Positions 30,104 through 40,991 of a DNA stretch of 64,000 bases are shown piece after piece. Location: positions 512,001-576,000 of the forward strand of contig CAXXMV010000008.1 in the NCBI GenBank assembly GCA_963662285.2. Direction: 5' to 3'. Source of the stretch: a bacterium (GTDB lineage: Bacteria > Hinthialibacterota > Hinthialibacteria > Hinthialibacterales > Hinthialibacteraceae). Positions within the stretch are counted from its first letter, which is position 1, and each line of letters begins with the position of its first letter. The translations under genes were made by a program, and so were the position numbers. Under the pieces are notes generated by a model. It worked only from the letters and a program-made list of their open reading frames with translations. It was not told the origin of the DNA and did not search any database.

Positions 30104-32758
30104 TTAATCCAAGTTCGTAAACAACAGTTCGTTTCTGGAAGGTTGCTGATCAAACAAAATAAACCGGTTTATCTCATTCCGGTATGGTCGTAGTGAATCT
30201 TGACCGTGGATAGGGCAATGGTCAAGCGGTTCAGTTCCGATTGCAAATGGAAGTTGCTTGGTAAACGCGCATTCGGGCGAGGCGATGGCGCCGCTTTTTG
30301 TGCAAATTGTGTGAAATTTTATATTAGAGGGAGGTTCAATTTCACCGAATAATTCTGGACGAACCTCATAGGCCTGCTTCATAAAATCGATCCAGACCGG
30401 TAAGGCTACTTTCGATCCGGTCATAGTTTTACCCAGAGAAAACTGGGGATCATCGTAGCCCAGATAAACTATACATAAAATATCTTTGGAATAACCCGCA
30501 AACCAGGCATATTTGCAATCATCTGTAGTTCCGGTTTTACCTACGCAGTAAAATGGTAAATCTTTAGCAGGCTTGCCGGTTCCCTCTAACACCACATTGC
30601 GCATCATGTAAGTGACCAGATAGGCCGTTTCCGGAGTTATTCGTTGTTGAGAAGCATCATGCGGATCAAACTCATAGAGTAGATTATTAAATTCCTGACG
30701 TCCATCGCGCCGCTGATAGACTTTATCCACCATGTGCAGCCGGACAAAATTTCCGTGATTAGCCAGTACGCTATATGCTTGAGCCAGTTGAAATGGCGTT
30801 GTCCCTGATGATCCCAGAGCAATAGTTAAATCGGGTTGTTCAACATACAGGTCAAAAACATGACGGCAAAAATTACGGAAATCACGGATGCCGGATTCAC
30901 GGGAATCTTTATAATTATCCAATAGCCAGATAGTGGCGGCATTGAGTGATTCCACCAGGGTGAAATTCATAGTCACCGGGCCAAAATACTCGTCCTTATA
31001 ATTTCTCGGCGTCCAACCTTTCCAATACTCTTTCTTTTCATCCTGAAGGATGGAAGCGATATTCCATTTTTTATCAGCATCAGATAATACAGCAGCCATC
31101 AACAAAGGCTTAAACGCGCTTCCTGGTTGGATGCCGCTTGCCTGGGTGGTGCGGATAAAATTGCCTGCATTAGATTTGTCGTTAAAATCATATCCGCCAA
31201 CATCAGCCAGAATCTCTCCGGTTGAAGGGCGTACGGCAATCAATGCGCCTTGTACATGCTTGTCATTGGCTAACTGAAAAACAACTTGATCATCCTGCTT
31301 GACCGCTTTGACGCTGATGTAGTTTTTTTCCTTAAACAGGTCGAACTCATCATACCAGGTCTTATCCTGCTCGATTTCAACATGAAAAGGCCCCTTCCCT
31401 CCCCGCACGTTAGGAATGGAAACATCCACCACATCGGCCATGGGACTGCAATCGGCTACAATTCTTGCATCATATTCAGCGCCGACTTTAATAACCGAAG
31501 GTCCGTTTTGGTTCGCTCCCTTATATCCAGGAGCGCCCCAACCTTTACCCCCGCCGGGGCGCTTACGCTGCTCTTGATCGACAATCCCTTTTCGTAACGC
31601 AGATTCAGCAATCTCCTGCATGGCCACATTCAAGGTTGATTCGATATCAACACCCTGCTCGAAAATATCGATGGGGATGCCGCCGGGCGTCTCAATCTGC
31701 TTGTTGAAGAACTTGCGCCGCACTGCCTCGGAAAAATAGGGGTACAAGGCTAGTTGCTTCCTACGGGCGCCTTGGGTATTTAAGTTGAATTTTTCGTTTT
31801 TAGCCTGCTGATACTCTTCTTCAGTTATATAGCCCCGCCTGAGCATTACCTGTAAAACTATATTGGTGCGTCTTTGAGCAGATTCGGGATTTCGAGTGGG
31901 TGAATAAGCATTGGGGCCTTGCAGCATGCCGGCAAATAAGGCGCACTCTTTCAAATTGAGTTCTGAGGTATCTTTACCGAAATAATAATCCGCCGCCGCC
32001 GCGACGCCCCAGATATTGCCGCCTAAAAAAACCTGATTCAAAAAAAATTCTAATATTTCATCCTTAGTGAAGCGTTTTTCAATCTTCAGGGCCAGAATAA
32101 TTTCATAGATTTTCTGTTTAAATGATTTCAAATCCTCTTCGGAAAAATTATACCCTTCAGGAAGATGTTTGTTGGTGATAAGGTCTTCGGCCAGCTGGAT
32201 GGTTATGGTGCTGCCCCCCTGCCTACGGTTCCAGTTTTTAATATCGTAATAGGCCGCCCGGATAAAACCTTTGGGACTTATACCGGGATGGCGGTAAAAA
32301 TCAAAATCCTCCAAACCGAGTAAGGCATTGATTAAATTATCGGGAATTTCAGATAGTGGAACCAGTTTGCGGTTTTGTTGATCACTGAAAAAATCAGCAA
32401 TTAATTTTTTTGACTCATCCCCGGAAAAAAGGCGTGACGGTCTGGAGGGATTATAATCCTCCAGATAGGGAATCTCGTTCAACTGATCCAGGTATTGATT
32501 AAAAAGTCCAACTCCAATTCCAACCAACGCTCCTATAAAAATCATCATTACGCCAAGCGCCATAAAAAAGATGGAACGGAATCTATGGGATTTTTTTATT
32601 TTATTCCGACCGGGATGCGACGAAGAATTTCGCCCATCTGAAGCAGATTTCCGGGCTGTACCAGAACGGGAGTCCACCTCTGGTACAGAAGCAACAGAAT
32701 GCTGAGATGAAACTGGTTTACGGCTGGAAGATGAGTTGATAGCATCAATTCTTTTCAT
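30104..32758 (-). CDS. mrcA: Class A penicillin-binding protein 1A
   Basis: Transglycosylase EDFDFYRHPG and QGGSTITIQL; transpeptidase QPGSAFKP, SLN and GKTGT. Confidence 0.92.
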   Translation of the reverse strand: MKRIDAINSSSSRKPVSSQHSVASVPEVDSRSGTARKSASDGRNSSSHPGRNKIKKSHRFRSIFFMALGVMMIFIGALVGIGVGLFNQYLDQLNEIPYLEDYNPSRPSRLFSGDESKKLIADFFSDQQNRKLVPLSEIPDNLINALLGLEDFDFYRHPGISPKGFIRAAYYDIKNWNRRQGGSTITIQLAEDLITNKHLPEGYNFSEEDLKSFKQKIYEIILALKIEKRFTKDEILEFFLNQVFLGGNIWGVAAAADYYFGKDTSELNLKECALFAGMLQGPNAYSPTRNPESAQRRTNIVLQVMLRRGYITEEEYQQAKNEKFNLNTQGARRKQLALYPYFSEAVRRKFFNKQIETPGGIPIDIFEQGVDIESTLNVAMQEIAESALRKGIVDQEQRKRPGGGKGWGAPGYKGANQNGPSVIKVGAEYDARIVADCSPMADVVDVSIPNVRGGKGPFHVEIEQDKTWYDEFDLFKEKNYISVKAVKQDDQVVFQLANDKHVQGALIAVRPSTGEILADVGGYDFNDKSNAGNFIRTTQASGIQPGSAFKPLLMAAVLSDADKKWNIASILQDEKKEYWKGWTPRNYKDEYFGPVTMNFTLVESLNAATIWLLDNYKDSRESGIRDFRNFCRHVFDLYVEQPDLTIALGSSGTTPFQLAQAYSVLANHGNFVRLHMVDKVYQRRDGRQEFNNLLYEFDPHDASQQRITPETAYLVTYMMRNVVLEGTGKPAKDLPFYCVGKTGTTDDCKYAWFAGYSKDILCIVYLGYDDPQFSLGKTMTGSKVALPVWIDFMKQAYEVRPELFGEIEPPSNIKFHTICTKSGAIASPECAFTKQLPFAIGTEPLDHCPIHGQDSLRPYRNEINRFILFDQQPSRNELLFTNLD

Positions 32759-32807
32759 ACTAGTAATTATAGACCATATAATATAAATATTTATTAATAA
32801 ATCAAAT

Positions 32808-33773
32808 TCATGTAATTTGAAGCAATACTTTACCCGCGCCGGGACGTGAAGCGCATTGCCACGCTTCTAATGCTTTATCGATAGGATAAGTTGCTTCAAT
32901 AATTCTATCGAGCCACAGCACGTCTTTTTCCAGCAATGAAAGCGCTGGAGCGAATAATCCGCAACGCGATCCGACAACGGTGATTTCATCTATCACTATA
33001 GGCGTTAAGTCTAACGCATCTGACCGGGCCATAGTACTTTTCAGAACAATAGTCCCTCTTGGACGCGCCAAACGCATGGCCATTTCCAATCCGGATGATC
33101 TGCCGGTAGCTTCGACGACCACATCCCAGCTTTTATGCGATTTTTCAGGTAAATCTTTCTCTAAACAGGTTGAAATGCGATCACTTACGACAGCCAGGTT
33201 TTCTTCATGATGCCCCACCAGCAGGATTTCTCCCTCATGGCGGCATGCAAAGATCATCGCGGTCAAAAGCCCTAGTTTACCGTCGCCCAGAATACAAACG
33301 CGGCTGGAAGGAGTTATCAGAATTTGCTCAAAAATCTCTAAAACAGCCGCTATAGGTTCAGTAAAAACAGCCCACCGGTCAGGAACCGGGTTTGGAACCT
33401 TATAAAGATTGGCAATTGGCAAGGTCATCCATTCAGCCATACAGCCGTTACGGTTAAAAATCCCTAATACAGAACGGTGAAAACAATGCCTCTCCATCCC
33501 TTTGCGGCACCATTCACAATCTCCGCAACCAGCATTGATTTCTCCAACTACCCGCTCACCAGCCTTCCAATGGTCAATATTATGAGCGATCTCTCCAACG
33601 AATTCATGCCCTGGAATCCCTTCAAATCCCATATATCCCTTAGCCAATTCTAAATCAGTCCGGCAAATTCCTGCCATTCGTATGCGAATCAGAGCTTCAC
33701 CTTCGGGCAATACTGGTTTAGGATAGTCGTTAATAATTTCAATTTGATTTAATTTTAGAATAATTGTCTTCAT
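32808..33773 (-). CDS. Zinc-dependent MDR alcohol dehydrogenase
   Basis: GICRTD, GHEFVG, CGDCEWC...HC, GDGKLG. Confidence 0.92.
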   Translation of the reverse strand: MKTIILKLNQIEIINDYPKPVLPEGEALIRIRMAGICRTDLELAKGYMGFEGIPGHEFVGEIAHNIDHWKAGERVVGEINAGCGDCEWCRKGMERHCFHRSVLGIFNRNGCMAEWMTLPIANLYKVPNPVPDRWAVFTEPIAAVLEIFEQILITPSSRVCILGDGKLGLLTAMIFACRHEGEILLVGHHEENLAVVSDRISTCLEKDLPEKSHKSWDVVVEATGRSSGLEMAMRLARPRGTIVLKSTMARSDALDLTPIVIDEITVVGSRCGLFAPALSLLEKDVLWLDRIIEATYPIDKALEAWQCASRPGAGKVLLQIT

Positions 33774-33938
33774 GCTATTTCACTTTATCACTTACTTGAT
33801 AGAATCATATATTATAAACATATATGAATTATTGAGTTAATTATACTATATCGGTTAACAAAAGTTTATATGTATTAAATACGCTGGATTTTATAAGTAC
33901 AACTCGAGTTATTTCAAATATCCTTTTGCGGAGTATTT

Positions 33939-34271
33939 ATGTTGATAAGTTGGAACTATTTAAACTCGATTACTATCGTTTCTTTCGAAATGGATGAGTT
34001 GCGTGATCCTGAACCATTACGCAATATCGTTGCCTCGCATATTAAAGAGGGGCGCAAGGACTTTTTGATCAACCTTGAGAATGTGATCTATATCAGCAGT
34101 TCTGTATTGGGATTATTCATAACTTTTCACAAGGAACTTAAAGAAATTGACGGATGCGTCAAACTGGTCAACGCCCAGCCCAGCGTATCCAGTTTATTGG
34201 AAATGACCCGACTTGATAAAATTCTGGAATTATTCAACGATATAAAAATCGCTATTAAATCCTTTGAATGA
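33939..34271 (+). CDS. STAS-domain anti-sigma factor antagonist
   Basis: INLENVIYISSSVLGLFI, LLEMTRLDKI. Confidence 0.9.
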   Translation: MLISWNYLNSITIVSFEMDELRDPEPLRNIVASHIKEGRKDFLINLENVIYISSSVLGLFITFHKELKEIDGCVKLVNAQPSVSSLLEMTRLDKILELFNDIKIAIKSFE

Positions 34272-34327
34272 TTTTTTGCCTCTTCTACACTATTAACCTA
34301 ATCCATTATAATAGCATAACAAAAGAA

Positions 34328-34355
34328 GAGGTCTTCATGTTTCCACGAAGACCTC
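34328..34355. terminator. Hairpin between convergent STAS and sigma genes
   Basis: GAGGTCTTC ... GAAGACCTC. Confidence 0.65.
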
Positions 34356-34395
34356 GTCGTTATTTTTATTATTTTCAAGGTATTTATAGATTGCT

Positions 34396-35844
34396 CTAAT
34401 TAAGAAAATCTCTAATTTCTCTAGCGCGTATCGGATGACGCAATTTGCGGATAGCCCGCTGCTCGATTTGACGAACCCGTTCACGAGTGATGCCGAAACG
34501 TTTGCCAATGTCACCTAATTTCCATACTTTTCTGTCAGGCATCAATCCATAACGTAGACGTAAAATAGTCTCTTCACGCTCGGATAACTGGCCAAGAATA
34601 CCTTCAATGCGGTTGCTTAATACCTGTCCTGAAAATTCGGATTCTGCCGAAACAGAATTTACATCGGTAATCATTTCACCAATCGTCGTTTCCCGGTCGT
34701 CTCTAATAGGAGTTTCAAGAGAAAGCGGATCTTGTTGCCAACCCATCAGATCAGAGATTCTGTTCTCTTCCATATCCAGATGTCTGGCCAATTCACCCAC
34801 TGACGGTTCCCGCCCAAGATCATGGGTCAATTTAGTATTTGCGCGATCAACAATGGCAATTTCATCGGTGACTCCGGTTGGGAGGCGAATTGTACGCCGT
34901 TGTTGCTTAACCGCACGGGAAATGCTCTGCCGAATCCACCAGACAGAATATGTACTGAATTTTGTTCCGCGTTGATAATCGAATTTATCAACAGCTCGCG
35001 TCAGTCCCAAGTTGCCTTCTTGAATCAGGTCTAACATCGGAACTCCGCAATGTTTATATCTTTTGGCGACCGATACGACCAATCGCAAATTACCCCGGAT
35101 CATATCCTGCCGGGCCTGGCGAATCAATTCTGAACCTTTTTGCACTGATTCATGGCAAATATTAACTCGCTCGAAATCATCGCCATACTCTTCTATCAAT
35201 TGATCGTGTTCTTTGACCGGGGTTTCTTGATAACGGAAATATACAAAATTCAAGCGTTTAGCCATTACCCATAATACGCTTACATCAAGATCCATCTCAC
35301 AAAACAATTTGAACCATTTCTGATATCGGTTTTCAAGTTGTCTTTTACTTAATCCACCTTGATCCTCTTCATTGAATCCATTGTGGAACTGACGGATTTT
35401 ACGCTTCATCTCTACAATTTCTTTGGCCAATTCTGTTTTGCGTCGCGTTCTTCCAGCATCAGGATTCCGAAATGTGTTATGGGGAGCGCGAGTTCCTTTT
35501 TCCAAATCTGATACAATATCTTCTATCGCATTGATAACTGCTCGTGAACGTGATAATCCTTTAGCGAGAAGATACCGTCCATTTTCCATTTTCTCGTATA
35601 TCGACGATTCCTCTTCACGAGTCAGGAGAGAGTAGTGGCCAATCTCTCGTAAATACTCTTTGACAGGATTATAAGTATTACGTTCGGTGGTTCGTGAACG
35701 TCGGGCTTGATTGGATGATTTTGGATTACTCTTCTGCTGATCAACATCCACAGGCTTCTCTTCTAAAGCTACACCACCTGCATTATCAACAAAATCCATT
35801 AAGTCCACAGGATTATGCGTCTCGTTTAAGTTTACAGTATACAT
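34396..35844 (-). CDS. RpoD/SigA-family sigma-70 factor lacking a clear region 1.1
   Basis: [66 protein letters not shown]. Confidence 0.92.
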   Translation of the reverse strand: MYTVNLNETHNPVDLMDFVDNAGGVALEEKPVDVDQQKSNPKSSNQARRSRTTERNTYNPVKEYLREIGHYSLLTREEESSIYEKMENGRYLLAKGLSRSRAVINAIEDIVSDLEKGTRAPHNTFRNPDAGRTRRKTELAKEIVEMKRKIRQFHNGFNEEDQGGLSKRQLENRYQKWFKLFCEMDLDVSVLWVMAKRLNFVYFRYQETPVKEHDQLIEEYGDDFERVNICHESVQKGSELIRQARQDMIRGNLRLVVSVAKRYKHCGVPMLDLIQEGNLGLTRAVDKFDYQRGTKFSTYSVWWIRQSISRAVKQQRRTIRLPTGVTDEIAIVDRANTKLTHDLGREPSVGELARHLDMEENRISDLMGWQQDPLSLETPIRDDRETTIGEMITDVNSVSAESEFSGQVLSNRIEGILGQLSEREETILRLRYGLMPDRKVWKLGDIGKRFGITRERVRQIEQRAIRKLRHPIRAREIRDFLN

Positions 35845-36313
35845 GATAGTCGCCTCGGGTTACCGGGATGATCATTCAGTTGATCTATTCAAAGAGCAAT
35901 TGGTATACCACTTTTTCTATTCATGATAATATGACAATATTTGTAAGGTTTAATTCACAAATAATTACCACAAAGCAATTTTTCACAATAATTCTGTTCC
36001 ATTTTGACACAATCAATTTAAAACTCGTCTCATTTCCTGGAAATTATCTCATTATTGTTCTTAAAAAAAATGAAGAACTTATATTGATAAATATAAATAT
36101 TTATCAATATTTATTAATTTAGTTTTAATTTTGATTATTTTTTGTATCATCATTTGTAACTATGTATCCGAAACGGTTACATATAGAGTGGCACATAGGG
36201 GGTTTGTATTATAGCCTTTTTAAAAAATAATGTTCTTCTGAAAACAAACATAATTCAGAGAAGCATATACAATCAATAGATTTTTCAATTCTAATAGAAT
36301 AATATAAGGATGA

Positions 36314-37912
36314 ATGAAGATGTGGAATATCACCAAATACGCTTGGTTTAAAAACGCTAAACCTATGTTAAATTTCAATATGATATGTATTAATAGATAT
36401 TATAACTTCATAAATTTAATTATTTTCCTCTGTTTTTTTAGTGGTTGCAGTTCTCCCTCTTCCAGAGACCTATTACAACTTGCTAAAGATGATTTGCTTA
36501 AACGAAATTGCATGCAAGTTCTCAAGCGTCTTGAAAAACCATTTAACCTCCATGACGATAACCAGAGTCGTTTGATAATACGCGCCATGGCTCTTGCCTG
36601 GATGGAGCAATATGAAGAAGCGGCAAAAGAACTCAATATTTTTATTAATAGTCTGCCTCCCCAAACACAGATTAAATATATATATCCACGTCATTTGGCC
36701 AACACTAAAGAGAGTCCCATTCGTGAAGAATTTGATAGGAAAACGTTTTCAGCAGATGACATGAGATATCTATGGCGAGTTTTGTGGCAGTATCGTATAG
36801 CGAATCGAGTAACAAATGAATGCAAAAGCGATATGGAAAAGACGACGGCGCTTCTAGATTTCGTTTATCGTCATACTCGTTTTGACACGGTTGAACAACA
36901 CCATATTAAATGCAAGCCGTTTCATACATTGATACTAGGACAGGGATTATGCGATGATCTTTCTTGGACGTTAAATATGTTATTACGATCCGTATCGGTG
37001 CCTACGCTTCGGCTTATTCTGCATAAAGATCCCAATAAGATAGAAAGTTCGCATACTCTAAGCGCAGTTAATATTGATAATCATTGGATTCCCGTTGATG
37101 CATCATACGGCATAATTGTTCAGGATCCGGAGAGCGCCGAACTGAATGGTATCCCAAAGTATTTCAAACTTAATCCATCCCAGGAATCTCTAGAAAAGTT
37201 AGACATGCCTTTGCCTGAGTGGGAACCGTATTTAAATGAACTCGAAAATTATGGAAAACTGAAAGAATTGAAAACTGATATTAGCAATTATCATCCATTT
37301 ATTGATTATGAAGGAGAAGCATGCATGCCTCGTTTTTTGATACTCGCCAATCGAACAAAGAGAATCTTCTCTCTTCCTACGCTTGGAAGTATTTATCCAT
37401 TCATAGTAATTCCCAAATTTGATCCAAAAAGTAGGGTGATTTCTAATTGGAGAGCTGTTAATATACAATATATTTTCAATTTAAGCAGGGAAATAAATGA
37501 AGCACAGCGTACCCTGGCGAAAATTTCATTCGGTCATTTAAAATTCCTCCAGCATGGACGAATGCTGCTCTTGGATGGGAAACCTGATCAAGCGGAAACT
37601 GAATTTCTTAAGATTCTCGATCTGAATAAAGATCTGCCGCCTGACGCGAAAATAGACCTGGATTATTATCTTGCTCTTTGCGCTTATGAAAAAGAAGATT
37701 ACGCCAAAGCTTACCGTGAGTATGAAGAATTTATCCAAAAACATCCACGATCAAGCTGGGTAAATCGAGTCCAATATCAGATGGCTTTAATTGCACATGC
37801 GCAGAATCGCGAAGATGATTGGAAATCACTAATCAATGAATGCAATCAAAATAATATGGGCGCCTTATTCCAATGGAGCGTTAAATATAAGATCGGCCCG
37901 ACCATCTATTAA
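36314..37912 (+). CDS. Putative lipoprotein with transglutaminase-like core and TPR repeats
   Basis: FFSGC lipobox-like; GLCDD...SHTL...WIPVD Cys-His-Asp triad pattern; C-terminal TPR (YYLALCAY..., HPRS). Start uncertain. Confidence 0.7.
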   Translation: MKMWNITKYAWFKNAKPMLNFNMICINRYYNFINLIIFLCFFSGCSSPSSRDLLQLAKDDLLKRNCMQVLKRLEKPFNLHDDNQSRLIIRAMALAWMEQYEEAAKELNIFINSLPPQTQIKYIYPRHLANTKESPIREEFDRKTFSADDMRYLWRVLWQYRIANRVTNECKSDMEKTTALLDFVYRHTRFDTVEQHHIKCKPFHTLILGQGLCDDLSWTLNMLLRSVSVPTLRLILHKDPNKIESSHTLSAVNIDNHWIPVDASYGIIVQDPESAELNGIPKYFKLNPSQESLEKLDMPLPEWEPYLNELENYGKLKELKTDISNYHPFIDYEGEACMPRFLILANRTKRIFSLPTLGSIYPFIVIPKFDPKSRVISNWRAVNIQYIFNLSREINEAQRTLAKISFGHLKFLQHGRMLLLDGKPDQAETEFLKILDLNKDLPPDAKIDLDYYLALCAYEKEDYAKAYREYEEFIQKHPRSSWVNRVQYQMALIAHAQNREDDWKSLINECNQNNMGALFQWSVKYKIGPTIY

Positions 37913-37918
37913 TCTCTA

Positions 37919-39016
37919 TCAGGGCGTTAAAGCCAGATGGCAGTTGGCGCAAGTGGGGATTTCGTCGATCCGTCCACTGGCATGCAAGTCACGCAGTTTT
38001 TGATATTCCGGGCCAGTCCAGATTTCTTCAACCGACTTGCCGTGAATATTGCCCACCGTCAATGTTCGAGCGGAATCAACGCAACATACCGTCACCACGC
38101 CATCGGGATGCACAAACATACGCTGCCATAATTGAGGACAACAGAATTTCTTTTTATTATTATTCTCTGTTTCATCCTTAGCTGTATTGATCGAATCAGC
38201 TGATTTATCTTCGGCGCCGGCCTGGCTGTTGTGTTCAATATAATCGACCCATGCTACTGCATCGACAATTGGTTCGAAGAGTTGTTTGAAATCTTCCCAC
38301 TCCTGATCATTCTCTTTCATGCGCACCATTGAGATGCGGGTAAATGGTTTGTTGGTTCCCATTTCGTCGCGGATTTCATGGAAACGCTTGATGTTTCTAA
38401 GGACTTTATCGTAATTGGCGTTGACCCGGATTTTGTTGTAATGATCCCTATAGGGAGAATCAAAAGAAAAGAAGAGTTTATCCAAACCTGCTTCAATTAA
38501 CTTACGTGAACTTTTTTCGGTTAACAGGGTGGCGTTGGTATTGAACATTACATCTACCAAGCCTTTTTCTTTAGCGTAACGGATCATATCAATAAGTAGT
38601 GGATTCATCATTGGTTCGCCGAGATAATTGAATTTAAGCGAACAAAGTCCGTTTTCCGCCCCTTCATCTATCAAGCGCTTGAATAATATAAAGTTAGTGT
38701 TTTTAACTTCCCAGAATTTCCCGTCATTTAACATGTCGGTACGCGGGCACATGGTGCAACGCAGGTTGCAATTGGATGTGGCTTCGACATCAAGATGCAC
38801 CGGGAACTTGCCTACATGATGAGTTATGGGATTATTTTCCCATTTTTCACGGTATTCCCAGTACTCTGGAGGTAGACTCTCTTCCCATTGCTTGGTTTTA
38901 TCGCTTTTTATCTGATGATAATTATGATCAACTTTGGTTTCCACGTTCGGAGTTTGAGCAGCGTCTTGTTCTAAGGTATTTGAATCTGTCATTAACTTTC
39001 CTCGCAATCGTCTCAT
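37919..39016 (-). CDS. Radical SAM/SPASM domain protein
   Basis: CNLRCTMC, GEP, NTNA; SPASM/twitch CPQLW...DGVVTVCC...GNI...CANC. Confidence 0.92.
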   Translation of the reverse strand: MRRLRGKLMTDSNTLEQDAAQTPNVETKVDHNYHQIKSDKTKQWEESLPPEYWEYREKWENNPITHHVGKFPVHLDVEATSNCNLRCTMCPRTDMLNDGKFWEVKNTNFILFKRLIDEGAENGLCSLKFNYLGEPMMNPLLIDMIRYAKEKGLVDVMFNTNATLLTEKSSRKLIEAGLDKLFFSFDSPYRDHYNKIRVNANYDKVLRNIKRFHEIRDEMGTNKPFTRISMVRMKENDQEWEDFKQLFEPIVDAVAWVDYIEHNSQAGAEDKSADSINTAKDETENNNKKKFCCPQLWQRMFVHPDGVVTVCCVDSARTLTVGNIHGKSVEEIWTGPEYQKLRDLHASGRIDEIPTCANCHLALTP

Positions 39017-39208
39017 TTATTATGACTTGAATTATTAAGAATATTACTATCCAAGTGAGTTATAATTTTACTAGTATGGCTTTCATTAATATTATCGACT
39101 ACAACTATTGAACCTTTATTTTCGCCATAATAATGATGAAGCATTAAAGTCAGCACAGATTTCAAGTAAATTATTGTAAAATCTAAAAAATAACAATAAA
39201 CCACATAA

Positions 39209-40015
39209 ATGGAAGATATTATGACCTTAGCATTTTCAAGCAATAGTTCAGCAGAAACGCCGCCTCTGGTTCTAATTCATGCATTTCCTCTAAATAGAGA
39301 AATGTGGAAGCATCAGCTCAGTGGATTAGAAGATACGATACAGGTGATTGCTCCAGATATGCCGGGATTTGGAGAATCAGAACCACTTACCGAATCTCCC
39401 GGTATGAGCGCCTATGTCAGGTCATTATTATCATGGCTTGATGAGCAAGACATTAAGCAGGCGATTTTCGCCGGGTGTTCGATGGGGGGGTATATTCTTT
39501 TTGAACTGTGGCGCATAGCGCCTGAACGGGTAAAAGGTCTTATATTGTGCGATACGCGAGCTGAAGCGGATGCTCCTGAAATGCGCGAAAACCGTTTACT
39601 AACGATCCAACAGGTTCTTGAAGATGGTCCCATAGCGCTGGCGAACGCCATGCCGCCCAAACTGGTCAGTTCAGCAACGCTGAAAAAACAACCTGAATTG
39701 ATGGAGAAACTTAAGCAGGCTATTTTGAATAATCCAACCAAGGGAATAGCGAATGCCTTGCAAGCGCTGGCTGACCGACCTGATTCAACCAATGACCTGT
39801 CTTCAATTAACATACCGGTTCAGATACTTGTCGGCGAGGATGACCAATTGACTCCGCCCGACCTGGCTAAATCAATGCACGGGAAGATTCCCAATTCTCA
39901 CCTGGGAATTATTAAAGACGCCGGACATTTATCGCCATTGGAACAGCCGGAACAAGCCAATACTATTATTCGTACTTTCCTGTTGGAATCGGGTTTGATT
40001 TTGGGGGACGAGTGA
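39209..40015 (+). CDS. Alpha/beta fold hydrolase (PcaD-like)
   Basis: LIHAFP, PDMPGFGES, GCSMGG, GEDD, AGHLS. Confidence 0.9.
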   Translation: MEDIMTLAFSSNSSAETPPLVLIHAFPLNREMWKHQLSGLEDTIQVIAPDMPGFGESEPLTESPGMSAYVRSLLSWLDEQDIKQAIFAGCSMGGYILFELWRIAPERVKGLILCDTRAEADAPEMRENRLLTIQQVLEDGPIALANAMPPKLVSSATLKKQPELMEKLKQAILNNPTKGIANALQALADRPDSTNDLSSINIPVQILVGEDDQLTPPDLAKSMHGKIPNSHLGIIKDAGHLSPLEQPEQANTIIRTFLLESGLILGDE

Positions 40016-40111
40016 ATTTGAGATGGCGAATTATCCATTAGTTAAAAGAGGAAAGGGGGAACGAAGCAAAAGCCTCATCCCCCCTAAAAGACCAATTTTA
40101 TCATCTAAGTA

Positions 40112-40885
40112 TTAAAACAGAGACCAATCCGAAACTGAGGTCGTTTCGGGTCCGTAAACGAGAAAATTATCGATAATCATCGTATTGCCTAGCGTCCCGG
40201 CGACAGCGTTATCCCAAATGACCAGAGCATTTATACCATCAGTTTCCTCGGTTGGGAGACGTCGGTAACCATATTCCTCGGCGATCATTGTTTCCTCAGC
40301 ATCACCTTCTTTTTGGAAATAGACATCGAATATCCATTCTACAGGATTGATTTCCATACGAATATGAATATTCTTGCCATCCTGGTAATTCAATTCGGCG
40401 AGAGCCTTATACTCTCCTCCGCCTGCCCAATCTCCATCGCGAACATCAATCAGGCCCTCTGCATAGGTGCGAATCATGGTGCCCTGTTCGTTGTAATTGG
40501 GTACAGGATTACCATCAATCAACTCGAAATTAAGGCTGTCGCTGAGGCAGATGCCAACGTCCATAGTACCTGCGGCGTCACCGACGAACTTCCAGTCAAA
40601 AGAAACTGAAAAATTTTCTTGCAGGGTTGGAATCTCCAAAGTGACCCACCGACCTCCGGCGCTGACATCGCTGATAACGAGTTGCTCGTTTTCAATGACA
40701 ATGTCATCAGTCAAAACATTTGGATTAGCGTTGATCCACTGAGCAGTTGCACCTGCTGGTTGCCCGACTACCGGACCATTCACATAACCTTCCGCCGCAG
40801 AAAAGTCAGCGGAATAATACACCTGAGCTTGAACGCCTGTTGCGCCAAGCAATAAAGCAATTACTACTACAAAGACTTTCTTCAT
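40112..40885 (-). CDS. Secreted acidic beta-sandwich (lectin/LamG-like) protein with C-terminal DWSLF motif
   Basis: MKKVFVVVIALLLGATGVQA signal peptide; beta-strand pattern; ends TTSVSDWSLF. Confidence 0.8.
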   Translation of the reverse strand: MKKVFVVVIALLLGATGVQAQVYYSADFSAAEGYVNGPVVGQPAGATAQWINANPNVLTDDIVIENEQLVISDVSAGGRWVTLEIPTLQENFSVSFDWKFVGDAAGTMDVGICLSDSLNFELIDGNPVPNYNEQGTMIRTYAEGLIDVRDGDWAGGGEYKALAELNYQDGKNIHIRMEINPVEWIFDVYFQKEGDAEETMIAEEYGYRRLPTEETDGINALVIWDNAVAGTLGNTMIIDNFLVYGPETTSVSDWSLF

Positions 40886-40991
40886 TGATTAACCTCCAAA
40901 ATATAAATATAAAACACAGAGATAACATATATCTCTATATTCCATAATAATGCAAAAGTTAACGTTAATGCAATGCTTAGGTAATGTAATT

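Noticed and set aside
35868-36122. AT-rich short ORF (also 39013-39243 and 58027-58236)
   Set aside because: Low-complexity translations of AT-rich promoter regions with no RBS or motifs.
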